Shown piece after piece: positions 19,979-30,449 of a stretch of DNA of 64,000 bases. The stretch comes from a virus. The stretch's first letter is position 1, and every line of letters starts with the position of its first letter. The notes beneath the pieces were generated by a model, which saw only the letters and a list, made by a program, of their open reading frames with translations, had not been told where the DNA came from and did no database searches. The position numbers were made by a program, and so were the translations under genes. The stretch spans positions 32,001-96,000 of IMG/VR virus record IMGVR_UViG_3300032242_002920. One strand, written 5' to 3'.

Positions 19979-21207
19979 TGAAACGATTAGTTTATTCACC
20001 GTCAATTAAAGTTTGGGTAAAAACAGATTCGGGCGTTGTTGATTTAAGTCCATATGTCGTCAATTGCAGAATTGAACGCAAAATTGATGACGTAAGTTTT
20101 GCCGAAGTTGAATTTCGAAATCCTAAAATTACTCAAAATGGTAAAAATCGATTTATGTTTACTGAGCATGAAACTGACGGTAAGGTACTGCCAGTTTTTC
20201 ATCCCATGGATCCAATTACCATAGTTGTTGAAAGATTAGCTGGCAAACCCGTACAAGTGTTTACTGGTTATTGTGATACGGTTCCAGACGTTCAATTATT
20301 TCCGGGAACGGCAACAATTAAAGCATCTTGTACTCTTAAAAGATTACTTTATACGTACTGGGATCCGGGACTTCCTTTCGTTCAAGAATTTTTAAAAAAT
20401 TATGGATGGAATTTAGACATGACAACCGGTAAAGCTGGAAAACCATTAAGTACGGAAAATCAAAATGTTTCTAAAGTAAATAAATTAAACGATTCTAGTA
20501 TTGGTAATTTGGTTTACGCGGTTTTAAATGAAATCGGCGGTTGGGATCCGAGTAATATTTTTATTCAACCATTACCCGGAAATATTGCAGACATCGTTTC
20601 AAAACTTTTTGATGAAATAGCAAAAGAAAACAAAAATGTTAATAAAGAAATTGCAGACGTTTTACAAAAAATTGTTGGCAATGGTACATTTGGAACAGCT
20701 TCAGCAGGAGGCGGAGGTGGTAGCGCTCCCGGAGGCGAGCCGGGAACAAGTGGCGCGGTTCATAATTTAAGACAAAAAATCAACATTATACGCGCATCCG
20801 CAAATCAATATGGCATTCCACCTGAGTTTCCTCTTGCAGTTGCTATTGTTGAAACCAGTTTGGAAGATAATGCGGATACTGGAACTTATCATGGTTGGTA
20901 CCAATGGGCAAGTTCTGAATCCTATGTTGGTCAACCAACTTTGGATATGTCAAAGGCGCACGACCTTGGTTATGCATCAGGGCAATTTTGCAGAGCAGCC
21001 AAAGCTCGTGAAAAATACAAACAATATGGGTACCCAACATGGGCTAGATCTTGTCAGTTAAATCCATCTAGCGTTAATAACGCTGCGACGCATGGAATAT
21101 ACGGGGCCTTTAATCCAAACCCAGATAGCAATGCATTGTACAGTGACGCTAGATTTCCAGAATTTATTAATCAAGCTAAAGAATATTTAAGACAGTATCC
21201 AAACTAG
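19978..21207 (+). CDS. Baseplate hub N-terminal paralog 3 + lysozyme-like/lytic transglycosylase domain
   Basis: Shared MKRLVYSP domain; ASANQYGIPPEFPLAVAIVETSL...GWYQ resembles SLT motifs I and II. Confidence 0.75.
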   Translation: MKRLVYSPSIKVWVKTDSGVVDLSPYVVNCRIERKIDDVSFAEVEFRNPKITQNGKNRFMFTEHETDGKVLPVFHPMDPITIVVERLAGKPVQVFTGYCDTVPDVQLFPGTATIKASCTLKRLLYTYWDPGLPFVQEFLKNYGWNLDMTTGKAGKPLSTENQNVSKVNKLNDSSIGNLVYAVLNEIGGWDPSNIFIQPLPGNIADIVSKLFDEIAKENKNVNKEIADVLQKIVGNGTFGTASAGGGGGSAPGGEPGTSGAVHNLRQKINIIRASANQYGIPPEFPLAVAIVETSLEDNADTGTYHGWYQWASSESYVGQPTLDMSKAHDLGYASGQFCRAAKAREKYKQYGYPTWARSCQLNPSSVNNAATHGIYGAFNPNPDSNALYSDARFPEFINQAKEYLRQYPN

Positions 21208-21256
21208 CAAAGTAGCATTACCTTTAGAGTAATAAGAGAAAGATAGGAATAAAATT

Positions 21257-22777
21257 ATGAGAGCAAATGCGCCCGCAGGCGGACCGGCAACACCGGCAGT
21301 AAAGAAACCCGCTAATATTTTTCCACAAGGAACTAGTCAAAACGTTCATAAGATTCAAACTGATGCGGGAACGTATGGTGCGTCGGTTAACGGAAATACA
21401 GTTAAATATCAAACGTATGTAATACACACTGCGGGAACCCATTTTGATGTTGCAGCCCCTGTTAAATGTTTAGTCGCATCAGTTAAAAATTCGGGTAATA
21501 ATAAAAAAGTTTTAATTCAATTTTTAGAAACCATCGGTCTTTATAAAGCCGGTGATTATATGTCAATTTCTGCGCTTTCTGGCAGTATTAGCATTGGACA
21601 TCAATACAAAAAGGGCGCAGTTATTGGAACCAGTAGTGATAATACGGTTTCTATTGCTATGAATCCATCAGGAGCCAAAAATGGACGTATTACTCTTGAT
21701 GGAGCGGCTGACCCAGCAAAATTTGTTGATTATGCTCAAGGAGTGGCCGATGCAGCCGGGAATCCAACTAGTGCAACTAGTGCAACTGGAACTAATAATG
21801 ATACTGCTAGCGCTGGTGGAACGGACGTAGGTTCCATTGCAAAAGCTGCGGCATTTTCTACATTTTTTACACTGCCGGGTATCTTCAATACTTATGAATC
21901 TCAAAGTTTAACTGGTCAAAGAAGCTTAATGAATGATCAGCCACTTATGCCATTTATTCAACAATTATGTGGAGCTTGCCTTAGGCATTTTATGTCTACT
22001 CCTACCGGCGATTTCTTTGCATTTTATCCAGATTATTTTGGCGGATTAGGTAAAACCGCCTATTGGCTTATTGAAGACATTGAAGTTATAAATGGAAGTA
22101 TTGAATTATCTGACGATCAATTGGCAACTCATGTTTACGTTGTTGGAGACATTGTTGGAGCGCCATCCGGTGCGCTTGGAGGTAATGGTATTGATACATT
22201 AGATCGTTTAAACACGGGTGGAGTGGTAACTATTTTCAATGCATTTATGGCTGATTTCTTAAATGGTACAGATGTTTCTGGAGCCGCTAAAGTAGATAAA
22301 ACAAAGTACCCAACTCTTGCTGACAAAGCTGACGCCATCGCGTTCCTTCAAAAGTATGGGGCCAGACCATATTACGAAGAACAACCTACAGTTCGAGCGC
22401 CCATTTATGAAGCATTTTTAGCTTATCAAAAATTTTGTTTAAAATGGTCCGATCAATTTAAAACGACGTTTGAATTTACTTTTATGCCTGAACTTTATCC
22501 GGGCGGTTTAGTTGCATTTCCAGAGCATGGTTTGCAATGTTATGTTAACTCCGTAACGCATAACTGTTCTTACGAAACAGGATTTACTACAACTGCTGAA
22601 TTATCAGCGCCCTCTGCATTTAAGGGTGGCGATGGCAATCCACTTGATCCGGATAAAGCATGGGTTCACGCTGGCATGATTAGGTCTTGGCCAACCGATG
22701 ACAATGTTGGCGCTTTTACAGGAGCTACGGATACGGATCCAGCCCAACAAAAAACTAAGGGCAAGGGCAAGAAATAA
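21257..22777 (+). CDS. Baseplate hub C-terminal half, with a degenerate M23-like N-terminal region
   Basis: LMNDQPLMPFIQQLC...FMSTPTGDFFAFYPDYFG...FTFMPELYPG...YVNSVTHNCSYETGFTT is typical of hub/late-control-D C-termini. Confidence 0.7.
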   Translation: MRANAPAGGPATPAVKKPANIFPQGTSQNVHKIQTDAGTYGASVNGNTVKYQTYVIHTAGTHFDVAAPVKCLVASVKNSGNNKKVLIQFLETIGLYKAGDYMSISALSGSISIGHQYKKGAVIGTSSDNTVSIAMNPSGAKNGRITLDGAADPAKFVDYAQGVADAAGNPTSATSATGTNNDTASAGGTDVGSIAKAAAFSTFFTLPGIFNTYESQSLTGQRSLMNDQPLMPFIQQLCGACLRHFMSTPTGDFFAFYPDYFGGLGKTAYWLIEDIEVINGSIELSDDQLATHVYVVGDIVGAPSGALGGNGIDTLDRLNTGGVVTIFNAFMADFLNGTDVSGAAKVDKTKYPTLADKADAIAFLQKYGARPYYEEQPTVRAPIYEAFLAYQKFCLKWSDQFKTTFEFTFMPELYPGGLVAFPEHGLQCYVNSVTHNCSYETGFTTTAELSAPSAFKGGDGNPLDPDKAWVHAGMIRSWPTDDNVGAFTGATDTDPAQQKTKGKGKK

Positions 22778-24720
22778 TGGCTATTAAACATTTTGTTAAT
22801 CCATCGTTGGGTCCTAGACAAATGGGGCTTATTACAACTGTTGAACCTGCAACTCGCAAAATTGAAGCAAAATTAAAAGATGGTGGAGAGATTGCAGTTT
22901 CGCTCTTTGATATTCCTCCATTTTTTGTTTGGCCTAAAGTGGGCGACCTTTGGATTATTCGTAAAGATGGTGGATATTGGAAACTTGATACTAAAATTGA
23001 TACGGATAAAGAATACCCTGTAGATAATTTAAATGCAGGCGAGGGTAAAATTAGCGCGGACATTATCAAAACACCGTCTGGTAAAAACGTCGTCGTTGTT
23101 GATAAAACAAATGGCACTAACGGCCAAGTTGTTCAATATAAAGATGGCGCATGGATTCTTGGAGAAGTTGTAACCAGCGGAGGGTCCAGTACAGATATTC
23201 AGGCTACTGTAGCTGGGTCAGCCGCCGGAACAGATCCAACAGTAACAAAAAGAGTTGTTGGAACAACAACTTATTTTGATTTTACAATTCCTAGCGGAGC
23301 AACTGGCGCACAAGGTAATCCCGGAGCCGTTCAAACTGTTACCACATCTTCTGGGTCTGGTATCACAATTGGAGGAACCGGTGCTAATCCAACTGTAAGC
23401 ATTGACACAACAAAAGTTGCAACTTATAGCGGATCTACTCTTGCATCTGGAATCACATCATCTTCTTTAACCAAAATTGGCACATTGTCATCTGGCGCTG
23501 GAACGGCTTTTGTTAAAACAGACGGAAGCGGAAATTTAACTACTGATTCAAATACATATCTTACTGGCAACCAAACTATTACTATGTCAGGAGATGTTTC
23601 CGGTAGCGGTACAACTTCAATTACTAATATGGCAATTGGTTCTGGTAAAGTTACAGATTCTATGATTAATGCCGGTATAACTACCGGTAACGCCAGTCCT
23701 ACGTCGGGAGCCGCATCTTCGCTTCTTGTCAGCGCGGGGAACGCCCTTGGTTCTACAATTACTTCAACTAATCCAGTTATAGATAAATCATATCTTAATA
23801 ATACAATCGCTTCAACGGTTGATATTTCTACTGCCGCAATCTCGACTGGTACAAAAATTGTAAACATTGGAACCAATTCTGCTGCTGGTTCAACGACCAA
23901 TATTAATATTGGCTCGCAAGCAGGAACCGCTGGTTTAAATATATATTCTGGAGCGACAACTGCCGCAATGTCTTTTGGCGTATATGGATCGACGCCATTA
24001 ATTAGCTTCGGAACCAGTGCTTTGATAACTGACATTAATATGAATAGTCATAAAGTTACAAATGTTACAGATCCAACTTCCGCTCAAGATGCGACGACTA
24101 AGAATTATGTCGATTATAATGGAAGATTAAATTTTTCTACAACTGGTTACACTGCTAAGGCATCAATTGTGTGTGTGCAACAAAGACCGGAAATAGTTCA
24201 AGGTGTAACAAATATCAGTTTATCAACTGCGGGTTATACCTATTATGTCAAGTTTATTCCATCTACATCTATTACCGTTACTGCCGGATCTTCTACGGTT
24301 AAAGTATATAATACATTAAGCTCTAATTCAACTTTTAATGGTAAAATCAGATTTTATGATAGTTCGGGTAATTATTTGCTTAATTCTGGTTTAACTACAG
24401 TTGTAGAAACTTCTACAATTACATTAAGTGGAGGCGCGGGACTTAAAACTGGAACTTTTGGCGGAGGTATGACTGGCACCGCCTCTCTAACAGCGGGAAC
24501 GGTTTATTGGGCTGGAATTTGGGTTCCAACTACTGCAACTGGTACGGCCCCGGTTCTTTCTGATTCTTCATATTTACAAAATCAAGCTTGGTACGGTACC
24601 GGATTAACACTTGCTAATGCGGATTATTATGTATCAACTTCTACAAGTACCGGAAATCCACCCGCGACTATAACAGGTGCATCTGCAACTCAGGGTCCAT
24701 TTATTCTTATTACTCCATAA
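22777..24720 (+). CDS. Baseplate spike (gpV-like N-terminus) fused to a fiber-like extension
   Basis: N-terminal OB-like segment (GLITTVEP...WPKVGDLW), short collagen run, KVTNVTDPTSAQDATTKNYVD stalk motif, beta-rich C-terminus. Confidence 0.65.
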   Translation: MAIKHFVNPSLGPRQMGLITTVEPATRKIEAKLKDGGEIAVSLFDIPPFFVWPKVGDLWIIRKDGGYWKLDTKIDTDKEYPVDNLNAGEGKISADIIKTPSGKNVVVVDKTNGTNGQVVQYKDGAWILGEVVTSGGSSTDIQATVAGSAAGTDPTVTKRVVGTTTYFDFTIPSGATGAQGNPGAVQTVTTSSGSGITIGGTGANPTVSIDTTKVATYSGSTLASGITSSSLTKIGTLSSGAGTAFVKTDGSGNLTTDSNTYLTGNQTITMSGDVSGSGTTSITNMAIGSGKVTDSMINAGITTGNASPTSGAASSLLVSAGNALGSTITSTNPVIDKSYLNNTIASTVDISTAAISTGTKIVNIGTNSAAGSTTNINIGSQAGTAGLNIYSGATTAAMSFGVYGSTPLISFGTSALITDINMNSHKVTNVTDPTSAQDATTKNYVDYNGRLNFSTTGYTAKASIVCVQQRPEIVQGVTNISLSTAGYTYYVKFIPSTSITVTAGSSTVKVYNTLSSNSTFNGKIRFYDSSGNYLLNSGLTTVVETSTITLSGGAGLKTGTFGGGMTGTASLTAGTVYWAGIWVPTTATGTAPVLSDSSYLQNQAWYGTGLTLANADYYVSTSTSTGNPPATITGASATQGPFILITP

Positions 24721-24770
24721 CTTGAATCACACGCTTCACATATGACAAATACGCGCAGTTAATATATGAC

Positions 24771-25220
24771 ATGACTTGGAGTTTAAAATTAACAGCAGAT
24801 GGAGATTTGGCTCTAGGTAGCCATGGATTTGCCGAGGTTGCGAATGAAGAAAAACTTATTCAAGATTTGCGATGCGAATTATTGGAACCTAAAGGGTTAA
24901 ATCCTTTAAACCCTCAATATGGTTCAAACCTTGAAGGCGAATTGTCTTCTGATTTTATGACAACTGACAATGAGCTAATGACAAGGATTGAGGCCGATAT
25001 TATGGAGGTTATTAAAAGTTACCAAGACCGACAGCTTGCTAGGGCAAAATACGACAAAATGGTTAGAGGTTCAGCCACTTTGACTCCAAAAGAAGTAGTG
25101 GTTGCCGCTCAAATTTCAAATTTTGTTCCTAATCAAACAAGCGTAAATGTTACCGTAGACATTACCACTGCTTCGTCAAGTCCAACTCAATACCCCGTAC
25201 AACTCAATCTTACAATTTAA
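24771..25220 (+). CDS. gp25/W-like baseplate wedge protein
   Basis: DGDLAL...KLIQDL...P.YGSNL motif; precedes baseplate J. Confidence 0.8.
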   Translation: MTWSLKLTADGDLALGSHGFAEVANEEKLIQDLRCELLEPKGLNPLNPQYGSNLEGELSSDFMTTDNELMTRIEADIMEVIKSYQDRQLARAKYDKMVRGSATLTPKEVVVAAQISNFVPNQTSVNVTVDITTASSSPTQYPVQLNLTI

Positions 25221-25224
25221 TTAA

Positions 25225-28200
25225 ATGGCTACACAAAAACAAATTTCAGAAAGCATTAGACAGCAGTTAAGGATTTTAGATCCTTCAATTTCTGCTGAAG
25301 ACGGTACGCCAGAACGGAAAATTATCGATACGGTAGCGCAAGCAATTGCGGACGCTCAGGTAGACCTTAATGTTCTTAATGGCGCATTTGATGTTGAGGC
25401 TAAATATTCTTCTGATCTTGATAACATGCTTGCAATTTTGGGCTTTGGTCGTCAGCAAGGGTCAAAGGCAACTGGATTTGTTACATTTTCTAGAGCAGAT
25501 GTGGCTACTGCGCCAGTTGTTATTAATGCTAATACAACCATATTTACTCCATCTGGTGGTTCAAATAATACTAGCGTTGTATTTAGAACCACAACAACTG
25601 TCACCCTTCCAATTGGAAGTAAATCAGTTACAGCTCCAATTGAGGCAATTCAAGCGGGAACAATTGGCAACGTTGCTGCCGGTACTATTACCGAAACCGT
25701 TGGTAATCCAATTTATGGTATTACATCAGTAAACAATGATTATCCAACAACTGGTGGACAAGATGCTGAGTCGGATGTTGAATTAAAAGCTCGATTTATG
25801 ACAAATGGGGCCTTTCGTAATGTAGCTGGTACACGCGATCAATATACAGCGCTTGCCCTTTCTACGGTTTCTAAAAAAGCAAATGTTGTAGGACCCATTT
25901 CAACTTATCAAGAGTATATTCAAGTACCGGACAATTCAGATGTTTCTGGTGGCACAGAATACACTACTGCACTATCAAATAACACAAATTCAAAACATAT
26001 TTATGATAATGCGCCATATTTTGTTATGAATGACTCTGGAGTGTCTCCAGTTTATTACAATGCAGACATGGATTTTGTTTTAAATGTTCTTCCTACAAAA
26101 AAGGCAAAGGGGGACGCTTTAAGAAACGTAGCTTCGGTAGATCCAACTTCAACAACTGCTCCAACAATTTATCAGCCTAATGTAACATTTACTAATGTTT
26201 ATACCGATTTAATGACTAATAAACCGGAAGATGCAATCGCTCCCGGAGATACGCTTTTCTTTCAGCATAGTTACATGTCAACTGCTTCAAGAAATGATTA
26301 TGATCGAAATATTTTAAACTGCGTTGATGTATATGTAAATGGAGAAGACGCACAAAATGCAAGTTCCATGATTTCACGCCCCGGAGTTGAAGTCCCGACT
26401 CATTTGTTTACAGACGATGTTTATAGTGCATTTTATGTAAACAATTATCGTCGCGTTGATGAACCGGGTCATAGGCCTGTTAAGGGCAACGTTTATACTC
26501 CGTTGTATAAACAACCTATTATCAATTTGCCCAATCAAATCAGTTTATCAACTGGAACATTTCAAAAGGGCATTCATTATTGGCTGGTTGAAGAAACCAC
26601 AAACCTTTATGGAACAATTAGAGCAAGAAACGGCATTGAATGGTCTTCAACAATCAAAGCTAAAACATCTAATGACCCAGATATTGGTCCATATACTGGG
26701 CCGTATATTGCGGACACTTCAATTTCTAGCACAACGTTATCCGTAGATCTTCCTTCATCTAGTTCAATATCAACCACTACTGCTGCTCAAACTTATACAG
26801 TTACAAATAAACAACTTACGAGCAATGTGGCAAAGCTTACCATTGGAACTCACACGCTAAACGTTAACGATGTAGTTGCTGTGACCGGAGTTGATTCTAC
26901 GTTTAATCAAACTTCGGCAAAAATTACTGCAATTGATTCTACTAGTATTTCTTATCAACTTACAGCATCTAATGTTGCATCTACTAGCTCAAGCGGCACG
27001 GTTACTTTATCAACAATTTATTCTGGTAATAAAACGCCGATTAAATTAACTTCAACGGATTTTCTTCCCGCATCTGGATATATTTTAATTGGTAGTGAAA
27101 TTGTTCAATTTAGTGCAAAAACTGGATCTACTGGCAGTCCGGCAAATACATTAACTATTACGGGAAGAGGACAGTTTGGAACAACTGCCAAAGATATTCC
27201 TGCAAGTGCTACTACTGTTAATGTTCTTTTTCAAGTTGCTCAAGCTTCTGGTTTACCGACTAACGATACATTGTTAATTGGTTCTGAGCAAATTTCATAC
27301 AACCTTCCTGTGGGCACTTCAACTTCCCTAGTTCAGCCAATTTTACGAGGAATTAATGGCAGCTATGTAACTTCTCATAGTAACGGTGATACCGTTTCAG
27401 TATTGTTTACAACAGTTGATAAATCGATTTCAATTGAAAATTATCAATACGACGCAAATATTATCTTATTACAATCATTACTTGATAATAATAAACAAGT
27501 TACTACCGATGTACTTGCTCATAAGGCTAAAACACGTTACTTTAAACCCGATATTACGGTTATGTATTCGCCAAGTGCAAACAAAACAAATATTAATGAA
27601 TCTATTAGAAAATCTTTGGCAAATTATTTTGATACCGTTTACTTTGGTAACGAAATTCAAATGTCAGACATTCTTCAAACTGTTCACAATGTTGGCGGCG
27701 TTGACAATGTAAAATGGTCAAGAGATACCCTTGATGAGCAATCTAAAAATTATGATTCTGATGGTGACGCACGAATTAGAATGGTTGAAACAAATGTATA
27801 CGGCGACCCTGTTGCAACGCCCGTTTTAGATTTGGTAAGGGTTGGCGACGGAATTACGCCAACTGAATATAGACTTTATCTTCCATATTTATCAAAAATT
27901 GATCAAAGTGAACTTTCGGTTCCAACAAATATAACAACATCAACAAGTACTTCAACGGGAACACTCGGTGCAGGAACATATTATTATACTGTTACCGCCA
28001 TTAATGTTAATGGAGAGACTACAGCAGGTACGGCAACCTCTGGAGTTGCGGTTACCGGGTCAACCAATACTGTAACAATTAACTGGAACCCTGTTGATAA
28101 AGCAACCGGTTACAAAGTTTATCGTACCACATTAGCAGGTCCAGATTTTTCAACCGGTAAACTTCTTGTAGCGCAAATTGATGATCAAGGCACAACTTCT

Positions 28201-28818
28201 TTAGATGACGATGGAAGTTATACGCTTACAGCCGGAATTCCTCCTACAACAAACACCGCCATTATAGCAAACATTCATACCGATGTGGTTAGTACGTTTG
28301 ATATTCAATATGCTAATAATCAGCCAATTACAATTCAATATGATGATTTTATTCTTACGACATTTGATGTAAACGCCCTTTATGCTAAGGGTGATATTGT
28401 AATGTATGGAGGCTTGTATTATCAATCGCAAGTTGATAATAATGAAGGCAACGAACCTACTGCAACCTCTAGCTCGTATTGGAAACAAGATACTGTAAAC
28501 AAAATTGGATTCCAAGCAAAAATTAATTCACTTGGTAATGTTGTTAATGTGACAAGTCCCAATAATTTTGTTAGCGGTCCATCTTTTGATAATTATATCA
28601 CAATTAAACTTATTAATCCGGCTTCATCTGATCGTTTGCAAATTACTAATTCTATTATTAATAATGGATATGGTGCATACAATGACGATTTTCAAATTGG
28701 CGATGATGAATTAGTCGCACTTCCAAATGGTACGCAAGATGATGTGGGTAATTTAATAATGTCTTCGGTTATGACCGTCAGAGTAAAATCTCAAAATACT
28801 TGGAGCAATAGAGTATGA
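25225..28818 (+). CDS. Baseplate J-like wedge protein with inserted accessory domains
   Basis: RQQGSKATGFVTF...GTIGNVAAGTI...TGGQDAESDVELKAR J-family motifs; Fn3-like segment YYYTVTAINVNGET. Confidence 0.85.
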   Translation: MATQKQISESIRQQLRILDPSISAEDGTPERKIIDTVAQAIADAQVDLNVLNGAFDVEAKYSSDLDNMLAILGFGRQQGSKATGFVTFSRADVATAPVVINANTTIFTPSGGSNNTSVVFRTTTTVTLPIGSKSVTAPIEAIQAGTIGNVAAGTITETVGNPIYGITSVNNDYPTTGGQDAESDVELKARFMTNGAFRNVAGTRDQYTALALSTVSKKANVVGPISTYQEYIQVPDNSDVSGGTEYTTALSNNTNSKHIYDNAPYFVMNDSGVSPVYYNADMDFVLNVLPTKKAKGDALRNVASVDPTSTTAPTIYQPNVTFTNVYTDLMTNKPEDAIAPGDTLFFQHSYMSTASRNDYDRNILNCVDVYVNGEDAQNASSMISRPGVEVPTHLFTDDVYSAFYVNNYRRVDEPGHRPVKGNVYTPLYKQPIINLPNQISLSTGTFQKGIHYWLVEETTNLYGTIRARNGIEWSSTIKAKTSNDPDIGPYTGPYIADTSISSTTLSVDLPSSSSISTTTAAQTYTVTNKQLTSNVAKLTIGTHTLNVNDVVAVTGVDSTFNQTSAKITAIDSTSISYQLTASNVASTSSSGTVTLSTIYSGNKTPIKLTSTDFLPASGYILIGSEIVQFSAKTGSTGSPANTLTITGRGQFGTTAKDIPASATTVNVLFQVAQASGLPTNDTLLIGSEQISYNLPVGTSTSLVQPILRGINGSYVTSHSNGDTVSVLFTTVDKSISIENYQYDANIILLQSLLDNNKQVTTDVLAHKAKTRYFKPDITVMYSPSANKTNINESIRKSLANYFDTVYFGNEIQMSDILQTVHNVGGVDNVKWSRDTLDEQSKNYDSDGDARIRMVETNVYGDPVATPVLDLVRVGDGITPTEYRLYLPYLSKIDQSELSVPTNITTSTSTSTGTLGAGTYYYTVTAINVNGETTAGTATSGVAVTGSTNTVTINWNPVDKATGYKVYRTTLAGPDFSTGKLLVAQIDDQGTTSLDDDGSYTLTAGIPPTTNTAIIANIHTDVVSTFDIQYANNQPITIQYDDFILTTFDVNALYAKGDIVMYGGLYYQSQVDNNEGNEPTATSSSYWKQDTVNKIGFQAKINSLGNVVNVTSPNNFVSGPSFDNYITIKLINPASSDRLQITNSIINNGYGAYNDDFQIGDDELVALPNGTQDDVGNLIMSSVMTVRVKSQNTWSNRV

Positions 28819-30449
28819 GTGCGCCTACTCAAATTGTAAACGTTGAACAAAGTTATTTAATTGAAGCATTAACCAGTTCTTCGTCACCATCTAGTTATTT
28901 AAATTATTTTCCACAGGAAGTTTATAATACTTCTTCTGATTCTAGGCTTTATAAATTTTTGTACGCTCTTTTGGGTCCCGCTGGTGTTTCTTTTTTAAAA
29001 ACTAATTACTTTTATGCTCGAATGCAGTTTGAAGAGCATGGTCTCATGTTTGATCAATTGGATAAGCTTTATGCTAATCCTTTGAGATTTGCTCGTACTG
29101 GCGACGAAACTTATCTTGAAAATTGGAAGGGCATGTTAAGCGTTGATGATTGGAATACTTTAAAATCATTAGACGAATCTTATCGAAATCGCGCCATTGA
29201 TTATCTTCATGCGGCTCGACTTGGAGCCACTATTGAAGGAATGCGGTATGCGGCTCGATCTGGATTAGGGCATGATGCTGCAATTTTGGAAAATTACAAA
29301 AATTTATTTAATCAGCACAGTGATCAAATTTTTGATTACAATTTTGTTGGTTCTTATCACGTAGACGGTACTCAAAGCGTAGAAGAATTTATTGTCATTC
29401 CAATTGATAATGGTTCAGACGCCCCCGTAACAATTGATGCAGAGGCGCAACACCTTGTTAAAAGTGCGACGGATAATTTAAAACCAGTTAATGCAATTCT
29501 TACTATTCAAGATGGTCAAGCGCCCATAGACATCCTTCCAATTAAATCAACGGCAGCTAGTAGCGAATATCATCAAACTATTCGATACGTTACCGGCGCA
29601 CAAAATATTCCTTGGCCTAATTCATCAGATTACTCAAATGATTTTAGCTCAATTTACTGGATTGAAGCTGGTGTTGAAAAAGAAGGTCCAAGAAATCTTG
29701 ATGGTTTTCAACAGCATTATCAGGGATTTCATACTCCAATTAGTATTTCTGCATCTTCTGAGCAACATGGTCAATTTGGTCCAGAATTTACTAAAAAATT
29801 TGCAACTCTTAAAGAGGCGAATTCGCTCATTGCAAGTCAAACAAATTATATTTGGAAGGGAAGCGATGCACTTGCAGATTATGCAGAGCGTTTAAATGTA
29901 ACTACTCAAAACTCTGTTACAAATACAAATTTTATTAATCATATGTATCCAGCCGATTATGCTGGACTCACTAACGTTCCTTCTATTAAATACCAACCGG
30001 CTAAATTTTGGTCATCTGCTGAACGTGATCAAGGATCAGAGACTTTAGAAATCGACCTTGGAGAAGAAAAGGCAATTAACTTTGTTATTTTTGATGCTCT
30101 TAAAGTCCCAGTTACAATTTCAATTCAATATGATGCTTCTGGATTGATTGCATCTGATGGATCAATTCAAAAACAATACAAAGACGTAAAATTTGATTCA
30201 TTTTTTCCTAACAATCAAACATTGGATTATGATCCAAATAGTTTAAATAAATGGGAAACCTTGCCATATGTATTTACAGATCTTAATGATAACATGATTT
30301 TTACAAGATATCTTAAAATTACATTCACTCGAAACGTAACCACTTCTCTTGGTCAATCAAGATTTTTGTATGATACCACAGTTAATCCTCCAATGCAAAA
30401 ACCTTGGTCCGTTGTTGTTAATAATCTTAGGTTAGGTAGGAATGTATGA
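28815..30449 (+). CDS. Baseplate wedge protein (gpI-like)
   Basis: Follows J; DESYRNRAIDYLHAARLGATIEGM. Confidence 0.65.
   Translation: MSAPTQIVNVEQSYLIEALTSSSSPSSYLNYFPQEVYNTSSDSRLYKFLYALLGPAGVSFLKTNYFYARMQFEEHGLMFDQLDKLYANPLRFARTGDETYLENWKGMLSVDDWNTLKSLDESYRNRAIDYLHAARLGATIEGMRYAARSGLGHDAAILENYKNLFNQHSDQIFDYNFVGSYHVDGTQSVEEFIVIPIDNGSDAPVTIDAEAQHLVKSATDNLKPVNAILTIQDGQAPIDILPIKSTAASSEYHQTIRYVTGAQNIPWPNSSDYSNDFSSIYWIEAGVEKEGPRNLDGFQQHYQGFHTPISISASSEQHGQFGPEFTKKFATLKEANSLIASQTNYIWKGSDALADYAERLNVTTQNSVTNTNFINHMYPADYAGLTNVPSIKYQPAKFWSSAERDQGSETLEIDLGEEKAINFVIFDALKVPVTISIQYDASGLIASDGSIQKQYKDVKFDSFFPNNQTLDYDPNSLNKWETLPYVFTDLNDNMIFTRYLKITFTRNVTTSLGQSRFLYDTTVNPPMQKPWSVVVNNLRLGRNV

Noticed and set aside
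17078-20700. Triple repeat as an assembly artifact, DGR or shufflon
   Set aside because: The copies differ by many synonymous changes and indels. There is no reverse transcriptase, no A-specific variation, and no invertase or inverted sites.
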